Below, piece by piece: positions 9,931-20,606 of a DNA stretch of 64,000 nt. How positions within the stretch are numbered: position 1 is the first letter of the stretch; the number at the start of each line of letters is the position of its first letter. The position numbers and the translations under genes were made by a program. Origin of the DNA: a virus (taxonomy: Duplodnaviria > Caudoviricetes); IMG/VR virus record IMGVR_UViG_3300031867_000046, positions 1,255 through 65,254 of that record. One strand, given 5' to 3'. The notes below the pieces were generated by a model. It made no database searches. It worked only from the letters and a program-made list of their open reading frames with translations, and was not told the DNA's origin.

Positions 9931-10794
9931 TTACGAGTACATTAAGTGTAGAATGATGTTGTTTATAAGTGACTCTGTCTTTGATTTTATAGACGCATTT
10001 AGCTTATTGATGATGTACTTCGCGTCAGAGTCAAGCAAAATATTAAACCCGTTCTTTTTCTGATCCATTAAAGTTAAAATGTTGTCTAATGAAGATAAGC
10101 GTCCTATAAATCTACCTGATAGTAATCTTGCGGCTGATTTAGAAAGATTTTTAAGAATTTCACTTGGATCTACTTTATCGTAAAACTCACTATCGACAAA
10201 CTTTGCGTCTTTTGTAGGACTTGAGTTTTTATAGTCGTAATATGCTTTATATAGTTTGTCACAAGCTGATCTAAAATCAGTAATAAGTTTTATGTCTGTC
10301 TCAGTGGATTCGTTACTATCTACGTTGTTTTTCGTGTCACTAAGTTGAGGTGTGTCACTACCCTTTGGCGGCTGTGACTTAAATAGATTGTATATAGCAT
10401 TGTAGTCTGACTTCATCTGTTCAAGTGCAACGAGAATGTGCTTGCATGCTATACCTTTTCTTTCAGGATTTGTTTTATCGGGTGCACGTGTTTCACGATC
10501 TATACCAGTATTACTTTTCCATGATATATATTTGTAGCCACGATACAAAAACGCAGGACAAGTGCAACTTATTTTTATATCGCCATTTAGAGCTGACCTA
10601 AGTGACTTTAATTTATTGCCTGTTAAGTCAAGAAGCTGTATTGTAACGAGATACTGCTTATCGCCTTTACTTGATTTAACTGTGTAAAGTATTTTGTTAT
10701 TCTCTACTTTGTAAAGTCTTGCAGGAATATTTTGCTTTGCAGCTTTTGACTTTGATCTATTATCTGATTTATTTACTATATCTACTGGGCGCAT
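9931..10794 (-). CDS. SWIM zinc-finger domain protein
   Basis: ISCTCPAFLYRG...GIACKHILVAL matches the CxC-xn-CxH SWIM signature. Confidence 0.7.
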   Translation of the reverse strand: MRPVDIVNKSDNRSKSKAAKQNIPARLYKVENNKILYTVKSSKGDKQYLVTIQLLDLTGNKLKSLRSALNGDIKISCTCPAFLYRGYKYISWKSNTGIDRETRAPDKTNPERKGIACKHILVALEQMKSDYNAIYNLFKSQPPKGSDTPQLSDTKNNVDSNESTETDIKLITDFRSACDKLYKAYYDYKNSSPTKDAKFVDSEFYDKVDPSEILKNLSKSAARLLSGRFIGRLSSLDNILTLMDQKKNGFNILLDSDAKYIINKLNASIKSKTESLINNIILHLMYS

Positions 10795-10853
10795 AATACA
10801 TACCTTAAATAAAGCTATAATACATATTTTGATATACGCACAAGCTCAAAAAT

Positions 10854-10889
10854 AAAATCCCATGATACTTAAAAATATCATGGGATTTT
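10854..10889 (-). terminator. Intrinsic terminator-like hairpin
   Basis: aaaatcccatgata / tatcatgggatttt 14-bp inverted repeat. Confidence 0.75.
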
Positions 10890-10894
10890 ACGTA

Positions 10895-11044
10895 TTAGCG
10901 ATTTCTGTAGCGTCTTACAAGTGATTCGTTACGTTTGCGACGTTCATTATCCATGTCTTCACGGATTAGTTTTTCAAGGCGTTCTAATCGTCTTTCGAGA
11001 AGCTCTTTACGTTTTTTATTTTCAAGAATTAGTTTCTTATTCAT
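10895..11044 (-). CDS. 49-aa basic/coiled-coil peptide carrying the shared leader motif (not in ORF track)
   Basis: Own translation MNKKLILENKKRKELLERRLERLEKLIREDMDNERRKRNESLVRRYRNR; GAGGTG SD upstream; followed by a terminator. Confidence 0.7.
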   Translation of the reverse strand: MNKKLILENKKRKELLERRLERLEKLIREDMDNERRKRNESLVRRYRNR

Positions 11045-11084
11045 TGTACACCTCATCTATGTTATTATGAAAATTACACATTAA

Positions 11085-12602
11085 CTATGCGTTAAAGTCA
11101 AAATTATCTTCGCTAGGTTCTTCTTCACCACCGCCCGATTCTTCAGATGATTCATCGGTTTGCTTCTGTATATATTGACTCAAGTTCAATGCATCAACTA
11201 TATCTTCGTCATTAGAAACTCTATTTAGCAAGGCTGCCATCAATTTAGCTTTATCAGAGTTCTCAACCGCATTCTCGTCGATTGACTTTATAAGCTCGAC
11301 GATAGAATTTGCAGTTTCTATTTCAGCTTTTTGAATATCGGATAGACGTGTATCTTCAGCTGTTAAAATACGTGGCATCTCAACTGTGAAGCTTGGCGGT
11401 AAGATGTTATGTATTGAGCAAAACCAATAAACAAGATCTTTAATGCCTGACTTAATAATACGTTGGCACCGCTTAACTGTGCGTGCGTATCTTATGTCCA
11501 ACTGTGTAAGTGTAGTATCGCCTATTCCGCCGGGTGCTTCATCAGACTGCCCTAAAAATTGTTTAGGAACTTTTAATGCTCCGTAATATCTGTCATCAAA
11601 GTAATCAATATCAGCAAGAGCACTAACGTTAACTTCGCCGCCAACTTCCTGAACAGTAACAGCGCCTTGTCCATTACGAGTTGGAAAATAAACGTTACCA
11701 CCTGTTAAGATAGGTGAAGAACGCGAGCTAAACACTTCAGTGCTAACATTGATTGATTGCTTTGAAGACACTGCTGTTTTTAACTCTCTCATCATACGCG
11801 CAGTATCTTGTGACGATGCCGCACCAACGTCTACAGAAAATAAACGATAAAATGATGAGCGTGTTAATCGTGCTAAAATTAAAAGATCGTCTAATAACTG
11901 ACGCTGCTTGTAATATGGGCGTGCAGCCTCTAAAAATGAAGCGCCATACTGTATATATGATGATCCATCGTCAGATAGATAATCCTTATTAGCTCTATCT
12001 GATATAAAGTGGATAAAAGATCTTTCAGGCAACAGCTTATTTCCATCTATTGACGGGTTATCTTTGCTCTGATCTTTATAAAGATAGCCTAATGGAACGC
12101 CAAATCTGTAAATGTGAACTACGTCCTCAGGTTCAGAGATTGTAAAGAAGTCACCGACGCTATACTCTTTACGATACTCTATATTAGAGTAGTTTGTGTT
12201 TAGAAAGCACTCACCGAATGCTACGATGTTAAAAGCAAGTGGATAAATAATATCGTTAATCCGTAACTTATTACGCAAAAAGTCGGTTACCATCTCTGCA
12301 AAGTCAGGATTATCGGCTGATTCAATCCATGCAGCTAATCCAGTATCAGCATCAATAAGAGATGAGTCTTCTGAAATAAGTTCTACTGCTGAGAGAGTGA
12401 CGCCATCATTTAGCATTTCACGATAATCTTTGATTCTTGAGAGCCTATCATTTGAAAAATCTCGCAACGAAGTTATTAAATTGTTCTCACGATTCTCAAA
12501 TAATTTCTCAAGCTTATCGTCTCGTGAATCGTTGCTATCTTTAACGACCTCTATCTTTTGACCTAAGCCAAATAAATTTTTAAAAAATGATTTTAGTGAC
12601 AT
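11085..12602 (-). CDS. Portal protein, T4 gp20-like
   Basis: LEAARPYYKQRQLLDDLLILARLTRSSFYRLFSVDVG and DIDYFDDRYYGALKVPKQFL correspond to conserved gp20 blocks; 505 aa. Confidence 0.9.
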   Translation of the reverse strand: MSLKSFFKNLFGLGQKIEVVKDSNDSRDDKLEKLFENRENNLITSLRDFSNDRLSRIKDYREMLNDGVTLSAVELISEDSSLIDADTGLAAWIESADNPDFAEMVTDFLRNKLRINDIIYPLAFNIVAFGECFLNTNYSNIEYRKEYSVGDFFTISEPEDVVHIYRFGVPLGYLYKDQSKDNPSIDGNKLLPERSFIHFISDRANKDYLSDDGSSYIQYGASFLEAARPYYKQRQLLDDLLILARLTRSSFYRLFSVDVGAASSQDTARMMRELKTAVSSKQSINVSTEVFSSRSSPILTGGNVYFPTRNGQGAVTVQEVGGEVNVSALADIDYFDDRYYGALKVPKQFLGQSDEAPGGIGDTTLTQLDIRYARTVKRCQRIIKSGIKDLVYWFCSIHNILPPSFTVEMPRILTAEDTRLSDIQKAEIETANSIVELIKSIDENAVENSDKAKLMAALLNRVSNDEDIVDALNLSQYIQKQTDESSEESGGGEEEPSEDNFDFNA

Positions 12603-12618
12603 AAGTATCCTGTTACTA

Positions 12619-12642
12619 AAACCCTAGCATAAGCTAGGGTTT
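12619..12642 (-). terminator. Intrinsic terminator-like hairpin
   Basis: aaaccctagc-ataa-gctagggttt. Confidence 0.7.
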
Positions 12643-12649
12643 ATTTACA

Positions 12650-14233
12650 TTAGTGAACAATTTCCATTGTAAGGCCACCTTTCCAAGGATCGTTGCCCAT
12701 TGCTTTTGTCTTGAATCTCCAATTACCAGTGTCCATGGCGGCAAATGAAAATACAATTTTTACTGATGAAGCATCTGATGAAATTGCAATCTTTGTATAA
12801 ATTTGCTTATGACTAAATGCGAGTCTAATGAATGCTGAAATAATGTCTACCTTGTTCTTGTTATTTTTATCAAGACCAAATTCCTGATTGATTGAGTCGA
12901 TGGCTGCCTTCACTAGAGGTACTAAGAACCAACCAATCTTTTGAAGCGATGACAGCTTGATAGCTTCTTCAGGAGATGAAAACGAAATATCAGTATCACG
13001 CCCGTTGCAGTTGTCTTTTATGCTAGTTTTTATTGCGAGAAGCTTTTTGAATTTTTTACTGTCACTGCAAACAGTATCGAACTTCTGTGAAAAATTCTTT
13101 TCAAGAGCACGAGGACCATCAGCCAATAAGTCTGAAAATTTACTTAACTCAAATAATTTGCAAAAGTCTTTAACAGTTTTATTACTTGAGCAGTATAATT
13201 CAACTAACTTGATAAGCTGCTCTTTCGTAGACATATCTGTTGTAGCTTCAAGAAACTCAAATAGCTCTCTTGCTCTAGCAGCACTAGGAGCATCGTCAAC
13301 ATAGTTTTGATTTAGAAGTTCAGTAAATGTTAAACCAGTGTCATTAATTTCAGCATCTGAAATTACGAAATCTTTAAGTGCTCTCATCGCAGGAGCAATA
13401 GATGGAGCGTTACCACCAGAGGAAGCTTTAGCTGAAATACCAATATCAGCACCGTCATCTGTCAAGATAGAATAGTCTATCATAGTGTCTGACATACCTT
13501 CATTATAAATAACGGCGTTGGCACCTTTCATGTAGTTTAACAAAAATACACCACCAATGATTTCACCAAAGTCTTTTGTAATTGCGTCTAGTGAATTTAC
13601 AAGTGCATCAGAATCCACCTTACTCTTTGGTAGGTCATACGTTAATACTGTTTTTGCGCCTTCGGCTAATAATTCATCAAGAGTTACTTTTTCTTTTGTA
13701 CCTTTATTTATTTGTGTACATATAAATATTAAGCTCTTTGCAAGTTCATGGGTAATTACATTACTGTCTGCTGAAGATGTAAGCCCTTCCTTGATGCTTT
13801 TTAGTAAAGATGATTTATTAAAAGTACCAGTGATACCGAGCTTTTGTGGTGACAATTCTTTTGACGCTAATTTAGTTGACTTTTCACCCCTAATTTCAGC
13901 TGACTTAAATATACTGGTCCACTTAAAACCGGCGCCACTAACTGCATTGTTAAAATCATCAACTGTAGTATTTTGAATGTTGTTAAGAAGATTACGAAGA
14001 CGATCTTTAACTTCATTTGACAGTGGGGAAGATGGTACTTCACCGTCTTTGCCACCTTTACCTAAATACAGTTTACCATCGTTTAATAATATGTTGATAA
14101 CATTTATAGCATATTTAAAGTTATGCCTTGTGTAATCACTCTTTGCACCAGTTCCCTGAAGAGTACCTTCATTGTTTATACTGCTTTCAAGAATCTTATG
14201 CAGAGATTCATATTTCTTGTTTATAAGTAGCAT
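12650..14233 (-). CDS. Hypothetical protein, possible PD-(D/E)xK nuclease fold
   Basis: DFGEIIG...MIDYSIL...IGISAKASSGG gives an E...D...SxK arrangement; otherwise unassigned. Confidence 0.35.
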   Translation of the reverse strand: MLLINKKYESLHKILESSINNEGTLQGTGAKSDYTRHNFKYAINVINILLNDGKLYLGKGGKDGEVPSSPLSNEVKDRLRNLLNNIQNTTVDDFNNAVSGAGFKWTSIFKSAEIRGEKSTKLASKELSPQKLGITGTFNKSSLLKSIKEGLTSSADSNVITHELAKSLIFICTQINKGTKEKVTLDELLAEGAKTVLTYDLPKSKVDSDALVNSLDAITKDFGEIIGGVFLLNYMKGANAVIYNEGMSDTMIDYSILTDDGADIGISAKASSGGNAPSIAPAMRALKDFVISDAEINDTGLTFTELLNQNYVDDAPSAARARELFEFLEATTDMSTKEQLIKLVELYCSSNKTVKDFCKLFELSKFSDLLADGPRALEKNFSQKFDTVCSDSKKFKKLLAIKTSIKDNCNGRDTDISFSSPEEAIKLSSLQKIGWFLVPLVKAAIDSINQEFGLDKNNKNKVDIISAFIRLAFSHKQIYTKIAISSDASSVKIVFSFAAMDTGNWRFKTKAMGNDPWKGGLTMEIVH

Positions 14234-14429
14234 TACTTACTCCTTCACTGCTTTAAATTCATCTGTTATATCTAAAGCAAACTTCCTATCAAGTATTCTT
14301 TGTCTATTACTTACATATTTATTATAATATGATTTATGGATTTGTTTGGTATTAAAGTTTATTCATTTCTACTGCCAAATGAGTTTTATTACTGTATCAT
14401 TTAGCATATACAAATTATTTTGATATAGT

Positions 14430-17000
14430 TTAACTATAGTCTAACACATAGGCCGTATATATGCGATCGGTATTATTTACTAAATCATACGTATCTGTTT
14501 CAGAGTTATATCTGAAATGATGACAGTCACTATATGTGTAGTCAAAGACGTCTTTAAATCCAACAACAACTTTATTGTTTAACCCTTCGTTTGTCCCATA
14601 CACAGTGTCGTCTATCTGTATATGATTATGTAAGTAGTCTAATGAAACACCAAATCCGCTAATTGAATCTGACAATATAGAATCTGCATTTACCCAACTT
14701 ATAGGCGAAATGCCAAATGAATTTAGATAAATGTCATCCCACGGAGTACCAGGTAGTGTGGTATACTGTATTTCTGGTAAAGATGATTTTAGCGAAGACG
14801 CATTTACTAATTTTAACCGACCTGACACTTCCTGTAAAGGTGAAGATTGTGTACCTACTTTACTTTTGTCAAAAATAGTTATAAACCATTCGTTGCTAGG
14901 GCCCCAATCATTTGGCCCGTTGAAGTCGTAGCGGCTAAAATTTGCTTCTGAAAAGTAATCTAGACTAAATGGTTCTAACACGTCATTACCTGAAACATCG
15001 GCTATACACGTACTTAATGTAGTGTTTATAGTATATAGCTCTTTAGGCACATATAAATAATATAGCTGTGTTTGTTGGTTGCCTGTAATAGCAGGCATAG
15101 AATCAGGCGCCCCAGGCTTACCATACTGTCGTGGGCATTTCTTAATGTACAACGCTTTTAAAACGTCTTTTTTATCAGAACAGTCACAGTGCTGAAATAC
15201 AAATTTCTGAATACTGAAGCTACTTACGTCGTACCGCGTATTCCTGCATACTATTAGGTTATCTTTTGAGTGCCTTATCAAGCCTTGAAGAAACAGTGAC
15301 TCTTCAAACTGATCTTTGACATACGCAGTATTACGCCTAATGTGAAATCTATATGGCGGAGTTGTTGAGTAATCTTCTACATGCGGATAAGATACTAAAA
15401 ATCGGTCTTTACTGTATTTACAGTTACTATTTACATCATTAAAGCAGCATCTTACTGATAAAGGTATAGCATATTGTTGCCAATTTAAGTTATGTAATCC
15501 TTCAACGTCGCCGTCTGCTAAATTATCAGGATCGTTATCAGCTACCCACATTACAAGCACAGTTTCGCAATCACTAAAAGGTGGCCTATCGTTTAATGAG
15601 TATCTTAATAAGTTATATGGTATTTGCAAAGGCGGTTTATCAATGTACTCTTGTGGTGGCTCAAATGACAACTCAGTTGCTTTTCCAAAACCTGATACTA
15701 TTATTGGGATATTCCCTAAAGAGGTACATCTATTTATATGAGTGCCGTCAGGATATTTTAGGCAAGGATCATGATGCTCACTACAATAATAAAGAATACG
15801 CCTTGTTGCTTCTAGGTCTATGTAGTCTTTTTTAAGATCGTCATGTATACCTTTATAAGTGGTTGCTAAATTAGGGCCTGGGTATATATAGTAAGGTAAA
15901 CCTATATGATCGCCTACATTCCACCAATTTTTACTTATTGCTAATTGCTGATAATTTAAATAATCTGCGTCATCGTCAATAGCGTCTTGTATAGCTACTT
16001 CACCGTTTGTCTTGCTAGGATCTGATGAGTTAGGATTTGGATCAGCATAAGCTATCCTATATTCTCTATTACTAATATCAGTGTATGCAGGATCACTTGC
16101 GTTAAGATGTAAATTTGATAAAGTGTCTACGCCACCGTCTCTCTTAACGGTGGAATTGTATTTGTAGACTATCTGCTCATACGTTGGATTTGAGATGCCC
16201 TCTTGAATTAACTGATCTCTTATATCTTTGTAAGTTGGGTAAAATTCGCCATACTCGTTTTTTAGATCAACGTATTTCATGCCAGGTGTTAAAACGTCGC
16301 CCTCTTCAAAGTAAATCTGATTAAATACACCTTTTTCTTTACCTGATGGAGCGTTGCGTCTTCTACCTACTGCAGGTGAATAGCCATAAAAATAATAATT
16401 ACGCTCTGTATTGTAATGGTATTGTGCTTCAGCAGGTCCATTTTTTAAGTACCAATTATGGTGAAACTTGTTAGCCACTATGCTATCTCGTAAACCTGAT
16501 TTTGCAAGAACAGTGTCAGGTAAGTTCCAACAATAAAAGAAGTCGCCTGATGATACAATTATAGAATAGTAAACGTACTTTGTAGTGCCATTATGAGTTA
16601 CTTGGCATTTTGTCCAATCGGTTGACGTAAATCCTATTTCAGGTGAGTGAAATACCATTAAAGACATACCGCCTTCTTGGCATGGTTTGTCGTCCCAATA
16701 GTTTCTAAGATCGAAGTATTTTGGAATGCTTAAATAGTGATCTACGTAATGCTTTATCTCGTTCTTTTTGCTGTCAGGCCATACAGAATTGTCAGCCCAT
16801 TCGTCAGGACCATCTAATGACTTTGTAACGTCTAATTGATCATACGTTATAACTCGCTCAGGACATGCGTTACATAAAGCTCTAACTTCGCCTAATTGAC
16901 TATCGCCATCACTTGTAGGCACGTAGTCGTCACCTGCAGAGTTGACGCTAAGTTTGCTATATCTTGGAAATATAAACTTATAATAGATTTCTGTGTTCAT
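14430..17000 (-). CDS. Large hypothetical protein (possibly virion structural)
   Basis: 856-aa ORF, Tyr/Asp/Pro-rich, no motif recognised. Confidence 0.4.
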   Translation of the reverse strand: MNTEIYYKFIFPRYSKLSVNSAGDDYVPTSDGDSQLGEVRALCNACPERVITYDQLDVTKSLDGPDEWADNSVWPDSKKNEIKHYVDHYLSIPKYFDLRNYWDDKPCQEGGMSLMVFHSPEIGFTSTDWTKCQVTHNGTTKYVYYSIIVSSGDFFYCWNLPDTVLAKSGLRDSIVANKFHHNWYLKNGPAEAQYHYNTERNYYFYGYSPAVGRRRNAPSGKEKGVFNQIYFEEGDVLTPGMKYVDLKNEYGEFYPTYKDIRDQLIQEGISNPTYEQIVYKYNSTVKRDGGVDTLSNLHLNASDPAYTDISNREYRIAYADPNPNSSDPSKTNGEVAIQDAIDDDADYLNYQQLAISKNWWNVGDHIGLPYYIYPGPNLATTYKGIHDDLKKDYIDLEATRRILYYCSEHHDPCLKYPDGTHINRCTSLGNIPIIVSGFGKATELSFEPPQEYIDKPPLQIPYNLLRYSLNDRPPFSDCETVLVMWVADNDPDNLADGDVEGLHNLNWQQYAIPLSVRCCFNDVNSNCKYSKDRFLVSYPHVEDYSTTPPYRFHIRRNTAYVKDQFEESLFLQGLIRHSKDNLIVCRNTRYDVSSFSIQKFVFQHCDCSDKKDVLKALYIKKCPRQYGKPGAPDSMPAITGNQQTQLYYLYVPKELYTINTTLSTCIADVSGNDVLEPFSLDYFSEANFSRYDFNGPNDWGPSNEWFITIFDKSKVGTQSSPLQEVSGRLKLVNASSLKSSLPEIQYTTLPGTPWDDIYLNSFGISPISWVNADSILSDSISGFGVSLDYLHNHIQIDDTVYGTNEGLNNKVVVGFKDVFDYTYSDCHHFRYNSETDTYDLVNNTDRIYTAYVLDYS

Positions 17001-17031
17001 GCTGTCACCAAAATGATGTTATAGTTAAAGG

Positions 17032-18369
17032 CTACTCTGTATAGATAAGTGAAAACGGCGGCTGTGGAACTTGTTGTCTAGTATATCCTTTACTTCTATC
17101 ATAAGTCTTTTCCCATTCTTGTCTTACATTAAGCTGTACGATTTTGCCATTTATTCTAGTGTCTATAGTGCTAGGGTCAGGATCAACTGCAAAAGTGTCT
17201 GTTACAAACGCGATAGTCCCAATTTCTTCATCAGGATCCATATTCCACCATGGCCATCCATCTAACTTGCTTCTATCAAGCACATTGTTGTAAACCGCGT
17301 TGCTTATTGCGTCTTTATTATGTTCTGCATTAGTAACTGTGATGCCATCTATCTTCAATACGAGCTTTTCTTGACTATACAATAAGTTTAACATATCGTA
17401 ATCTTTATCTGTTATCAAATCAGGATCATCGCCACCGCCTGTTACTAATTTTGCTGTGTAGGTTGTAACGCCTGCTATAACTTCTTTTGTTATAAAGTTT
17501 GTAACGTAAGTTGAGTATGATGCAAAAATTCTAAGTAGTCCGTTATCGTGAAGTGAGTCAGCTATATCGTATGCAGATTGATCTGAATCGTCCATGTCCA
17601 TGATCTTATCGTGCTTTTCGTATATAGCTTGCGTTGTATTATTGTTTGTTGAGTCTTTTCTTATACGCTCAAGTATAGTTTCTACGGCATCATAATTTTG
17701 TGCAGCCGTCGCCATCATTAGTGGCGTATAGTTATAAGCGTTAAAGTATTTTTCAGTTGCGTGGCCGTCTTCATAGTTAGGGCTATACAGTGGCCCACTA
17801 TAATTATTAATAAGGGCTTTAAGTATTTCTGTGTTTGGATTAGACGACGCGTCAAACACCATAAACTTTGTAGCTCTCAATGGAGACTTGAAATCAATAC
17901 CTATCTTAACAGTTACGTTTATATAATTGCCTTTTTCATCAAATACAGGTTTCCATCCTTTCTCATACTGAATCTCTTCTACGATAGCACCGTAATTTGT
18001 TTTAGTATAGCTTGTTACTTCTACACACTTATTGCCGAATAGAATTTTTATAGCATCGACATTACCTGCCATTATGGCTGTCTCTAAAGGTGACTTACCT
18101 TTATTACAAGCAAGCTCTATGTTAGCACCGAAGCCTGTGTATTTTGGCCATGCTTTACTATTATCACTGATAGGATTCGCATTATTACTTGTACATAATA
18201 AAACTATGTACAGTGGATCAACTTGATTAAGAATGGCAAAACATAAAGGTGTTAATCCGCTGTCGTCATTTTCGTCTACATCGCCTAAGTTACTTATTAA
18301 AGTCTCTAATGACTTGTAACTATCAAAGTCGCTAACTTCTATGTATCTTTTATTATCAACTAATTTCAT
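17032..18369 (-). CDS. Ankyrin-repeat protein
   Basis: DDSGLTPLCFAI, KGKSPLETAIMAGNVDAIKILF and YTPLMMATAAQNYDAVETIL are ankyrin TPLHxA-type repeats. Confidence 0.85.
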   Translation of the reverse strand: MKLVDNKRYIEVSDFDSYKSLETLISNLGDVDENDDSGLTPLCFAILNQVDPLYIVLLCTSNNANPISDNSKAWPKYTGFGANIELACNKGKSPLETAIMAGNVDAIKILFGNKCVEVTSYTKTNYGAIVEEIQYEKGWKPVFDEKGNYINVTVKIGIDFKSPLRATKFMVFDASSNPNTEILKALINNYSGPLYSPNYEDGHATEKYFNAYNYTPLMMATAAQNYDAVETILERIRKDSTNNNTTQAIYEKHDKIMDMDDSDQSAYDIADSLHDNGLLRIFASYSTYVTNFITKEVIAGVTTYTAKLVTGGGDDPDLITDKDYDMLNLLYSQEKLVLKIDGITVTNAEHNKDAISNAVYNNVLDRSKLDGWPWWNMDPDEEIGTIAFVTDTFAVDPDPSTIDTRINGKIVQLNVRQEWEKTYDRSKGYTRQQVPQPPFSLIYTE

Positions 18370-18509
18370 ATTCTATAGCCTGCTTAATATCAGACGACTT
18401 TGATAAGCCGCACGAAATGCTCAATCTAATAACTATCAAAAATTGATACTAATAAGCATAGTTTAAGTGTAAAGTCTTTTAAGATGTTTACGAATAAGCA
18501 CCTACAAAA

Positions 18510-18536
18510 AATCCCTCTATTTTTGATAGAGGGATT
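18510..18536 (-). terminator. Intrinsic terminator-like hairpin after recA
   Basis: aatccctctat / atagagggatt, with an A-run that reads as a U-tract on the minus strand. Confidence 0.75.
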
Positions 18537-18548
18537 AAGCTTTATTAA

Positions 18549-19634
18549 TTATTCAGTTTCGTCTACGTCATCAGAATCATACGATACACTGTCTGATAAC
18601 TCTGCAGCAGAATCTGTAACTTCTTCATCATCAGAATTAGGAATAAGTTTAATGCCACCTAATGTATCAGCAAGTGCACAATAGTATGCAAGTCGTTCTT
18701 TAATGAAATCGTCAAGCTCGTCTTTTGCGATTGTATATTCTTCACCTTCATACTGAACTTTCCATCCTCTTCGAGGAATACGTTCAACAATTCCATGATA
18801 CTCAAGCACGGATCGTACGGCACCTGCATTTGAGATGCCTTTTCCAAAATGAATAGTGATTACTTTTTTGAGTAACGGACGAGCATAACGATTTTTATCA
18901 GCCCAAATCGCAAGATCACATCCGTAAGGAACAGGTTTGTCATACCCAGGAAGGTTCTGCTCTAATTTTTTAACAACCTTCATCATTAATCGGATGTCCA
19001 TATAGTAACCTAATGCTTGACCGCCTGCCTGTGCAAGTTTAGTTACCTGTCCATAGCCCATTGCGATTTTAGTTCTCAACTGATTAATGAAAATAACCGT
19101 CTTGTTGGAATTTCTGAAACGAGCTTTAAACTTTTGCATGAAGTTTGATTGCAAACGGGCTGCAACGCCAGGCTCGTTCATTTCGTCTACGTTCTTCTCT
19201 GTTAAGCGCCCAGGTACTGTTGCTGTGATACTATCATAAATAATCAAAGCAACTTCAGGGTCCTCTAAAACTTTGCATAAAAAGTCATCAACCTCACCGT
19301 ATGTTTGCAAACGGACAGGAAGGAATAGCATTTCATCTACATACTCACGAAGGCCAAAACAGTCGATCTGATTTCCATTAACACCTGATTCGGTGTCAAT
19401 ATAAACTACACGTTTACCTTGTGAGCAATATTTCTTTGCAATATGAAAGCACATAGTTGATTTACCGCAACCTGATTCAGAAGCGATCTCGATAAAAGTA
19501 CCTTCAGGAATACCACGCCCATCAGAGATTACGGCGTCAAGAATAATACTGCCTGATGGATGAAAAACTTCTTCTTTTGTCGTTAAGTCGATTAATTCGG
19601 AATAGAATTTTTTGTAGTCAATGCGACCTGCCAT
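18549..19634 (-). CDS. recA: RecA/UvsX recombinase
   Basis: Walker A SESGCGKST, IIYDSITA, VIFINQLRTKI, GGQALGYYMDIRL. Confidence 0.95.
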   Translation of the reverse strand: MAGRIDYKKFYSELIDLTTKEEVFHPSGSIILDAVISDGRGIPEGTFIEIASESGCGKSTMCFHIAKKYCSQGKRVVYIDTESGVNGNQIDCFGLREYVDEMLFLPVRLQTYGEVDDFLCKVLEDPEVALIIYDSITATVPGRLTEKNVDEMNEPGVAARLQSNFMQKFKARFRNSNKTVIFINQLRTKIAMGYGQVTKLAQAGGQALGYYMDIRLMMKVVKKLEQNLPGYDKPVPYGCDLAIWADKNRYARPLLKKVITIHFGKGISNAGAVRSVLEYHGIVERIPRRGWKVQYEGEEYTIAKDELDDFIKERLAYYCALADTLGGIKLIPNSDDEEVTDSAAELSDSVSYDSDDVDETE

Positions 19635-19661
19635 ATAAGCTCCTAATATGTTAAGTAATAA

Positions 19662-20606
19662 TTAGTTTGTAATGTACATATACATGTCTATATTGCCAAG
19701 TTTAATCTCTTTTTGAAATTCGTTCCAAGATAAATTGCCACCTGACTCACGATAATTTTTAAAAGCTACCGATCGCTCACCTACGCATTTCTTTTGTGCT
19801 ATACTATAATTACGCTTTTGTTCGTCAGATCTATGCTTTCCTTTGTTAGACTCTGATATAGCGTCTTTCTGTGACTGAGGCATTATGTATCCTATATGTG
19901 AGTCGCGCATCTTTTTTCTTGATTCTTCTGATGCCTTTTTACCATAGCGAGGTGATTGATCACCCTTTTTACCGTACAACCAATGATTCTCTCCAACGTA
20001 ACCATAATTATTTCCTTTATGGGCGTCGCTAATCTTTTTTCTTGCCTCTTCAGAGTGGTGTTTACCATAAAGTGGATGCTTTTCGCCTGAAAGGTCAGCA
20101 TGATTCTCGATAAGATGTTGTCTATGTAAGTCTGATAATGGCTTACCTTTGCATCTATCGCTTATAGCTTGTTTTCTTTTTGGGTCTGAATAAGCTACTT
20201 TATTAGCTTTGCTAATTTTAAATCTTGTTAAATCAGAGACTGCGTGGCCTGTTAATGATCTTGATCTCTTTTTACGTGTTTCAACTGATGCACTGTGTAT
20301 TATATTATGCTCTTCTGGAGTAATAAACACAATATATTTTCCATATTCAAAGTGTTCGTTGCCGTCTTCGTCTATCTCGAATCCCCATAGCTCATAATGT
20401 TCATCATTATACTTTCTTTGTTCTTCTGTATCTCTTAAGTGGTGCCTATGAATAGCTTTTGGATCAGGATTATACTGTAATGACTTTTGAAGTCTTCTAC
20501 AAGCACCATCCCAATGATGATTAGCAGTTTTATTCTTACATGCTAATTTCCACTCATAATAATTCATATAACTTATCCTTATAGTAGCATGGCTGTATAA
20601 ATACAA
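19662..20606 (-). CDS. Free-standing HNH homing endonuclease with NUMOD3 repeats
   Basis: HRHH...FITPEEHNIIH nuclease motif followed by NUMOD3 repeats such as HPLYGKHHSEEARKKISDAHKG. Confidence 0.85.
   Translation of the reverse strand: MYLYSHATIRISYMNYYEWKLACKNKTANHHWDGACRRLQKSLQYNPDPKAIHRHHLRDTEEQRKYNDEHYELWGFEIDEDGNEHFEYGKYIVFITPEEHNIIHSASVETRKKRSRSLTGHAVSDLTRFKISKANKVAYSDPKRKQAISDRCKGKPLSDLHRQHLIENHADLSGEKHPLYGKHHSEEARKKISDAHKGNNYGYVGENHWLYGKKGDQSPRYGKKASEESRKKMRDSHIGYIMPQSQKDAISESNKGKHRSDEQKRNYSIAQKKCVGERSVAFKNYRESGGNLSWNEFQKEIKLGNIDMYMYITN

Noticed and set aside
372-17034. Stop-codon recoding (TAG to Gln) as in some jumbo phages
   Set aside because: TAG terminates well-defined genes (372, 766, 17032) and coding density is high under code 11.
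18549-20606. HNH/NUMOD3 endonuclease as an intron-encoded ORF in recA
   Set aside because: recA is intact from its own N-terminus through all motifs; the endonuclease is free-standing upstream. No intein seen in RecA or terminase either.
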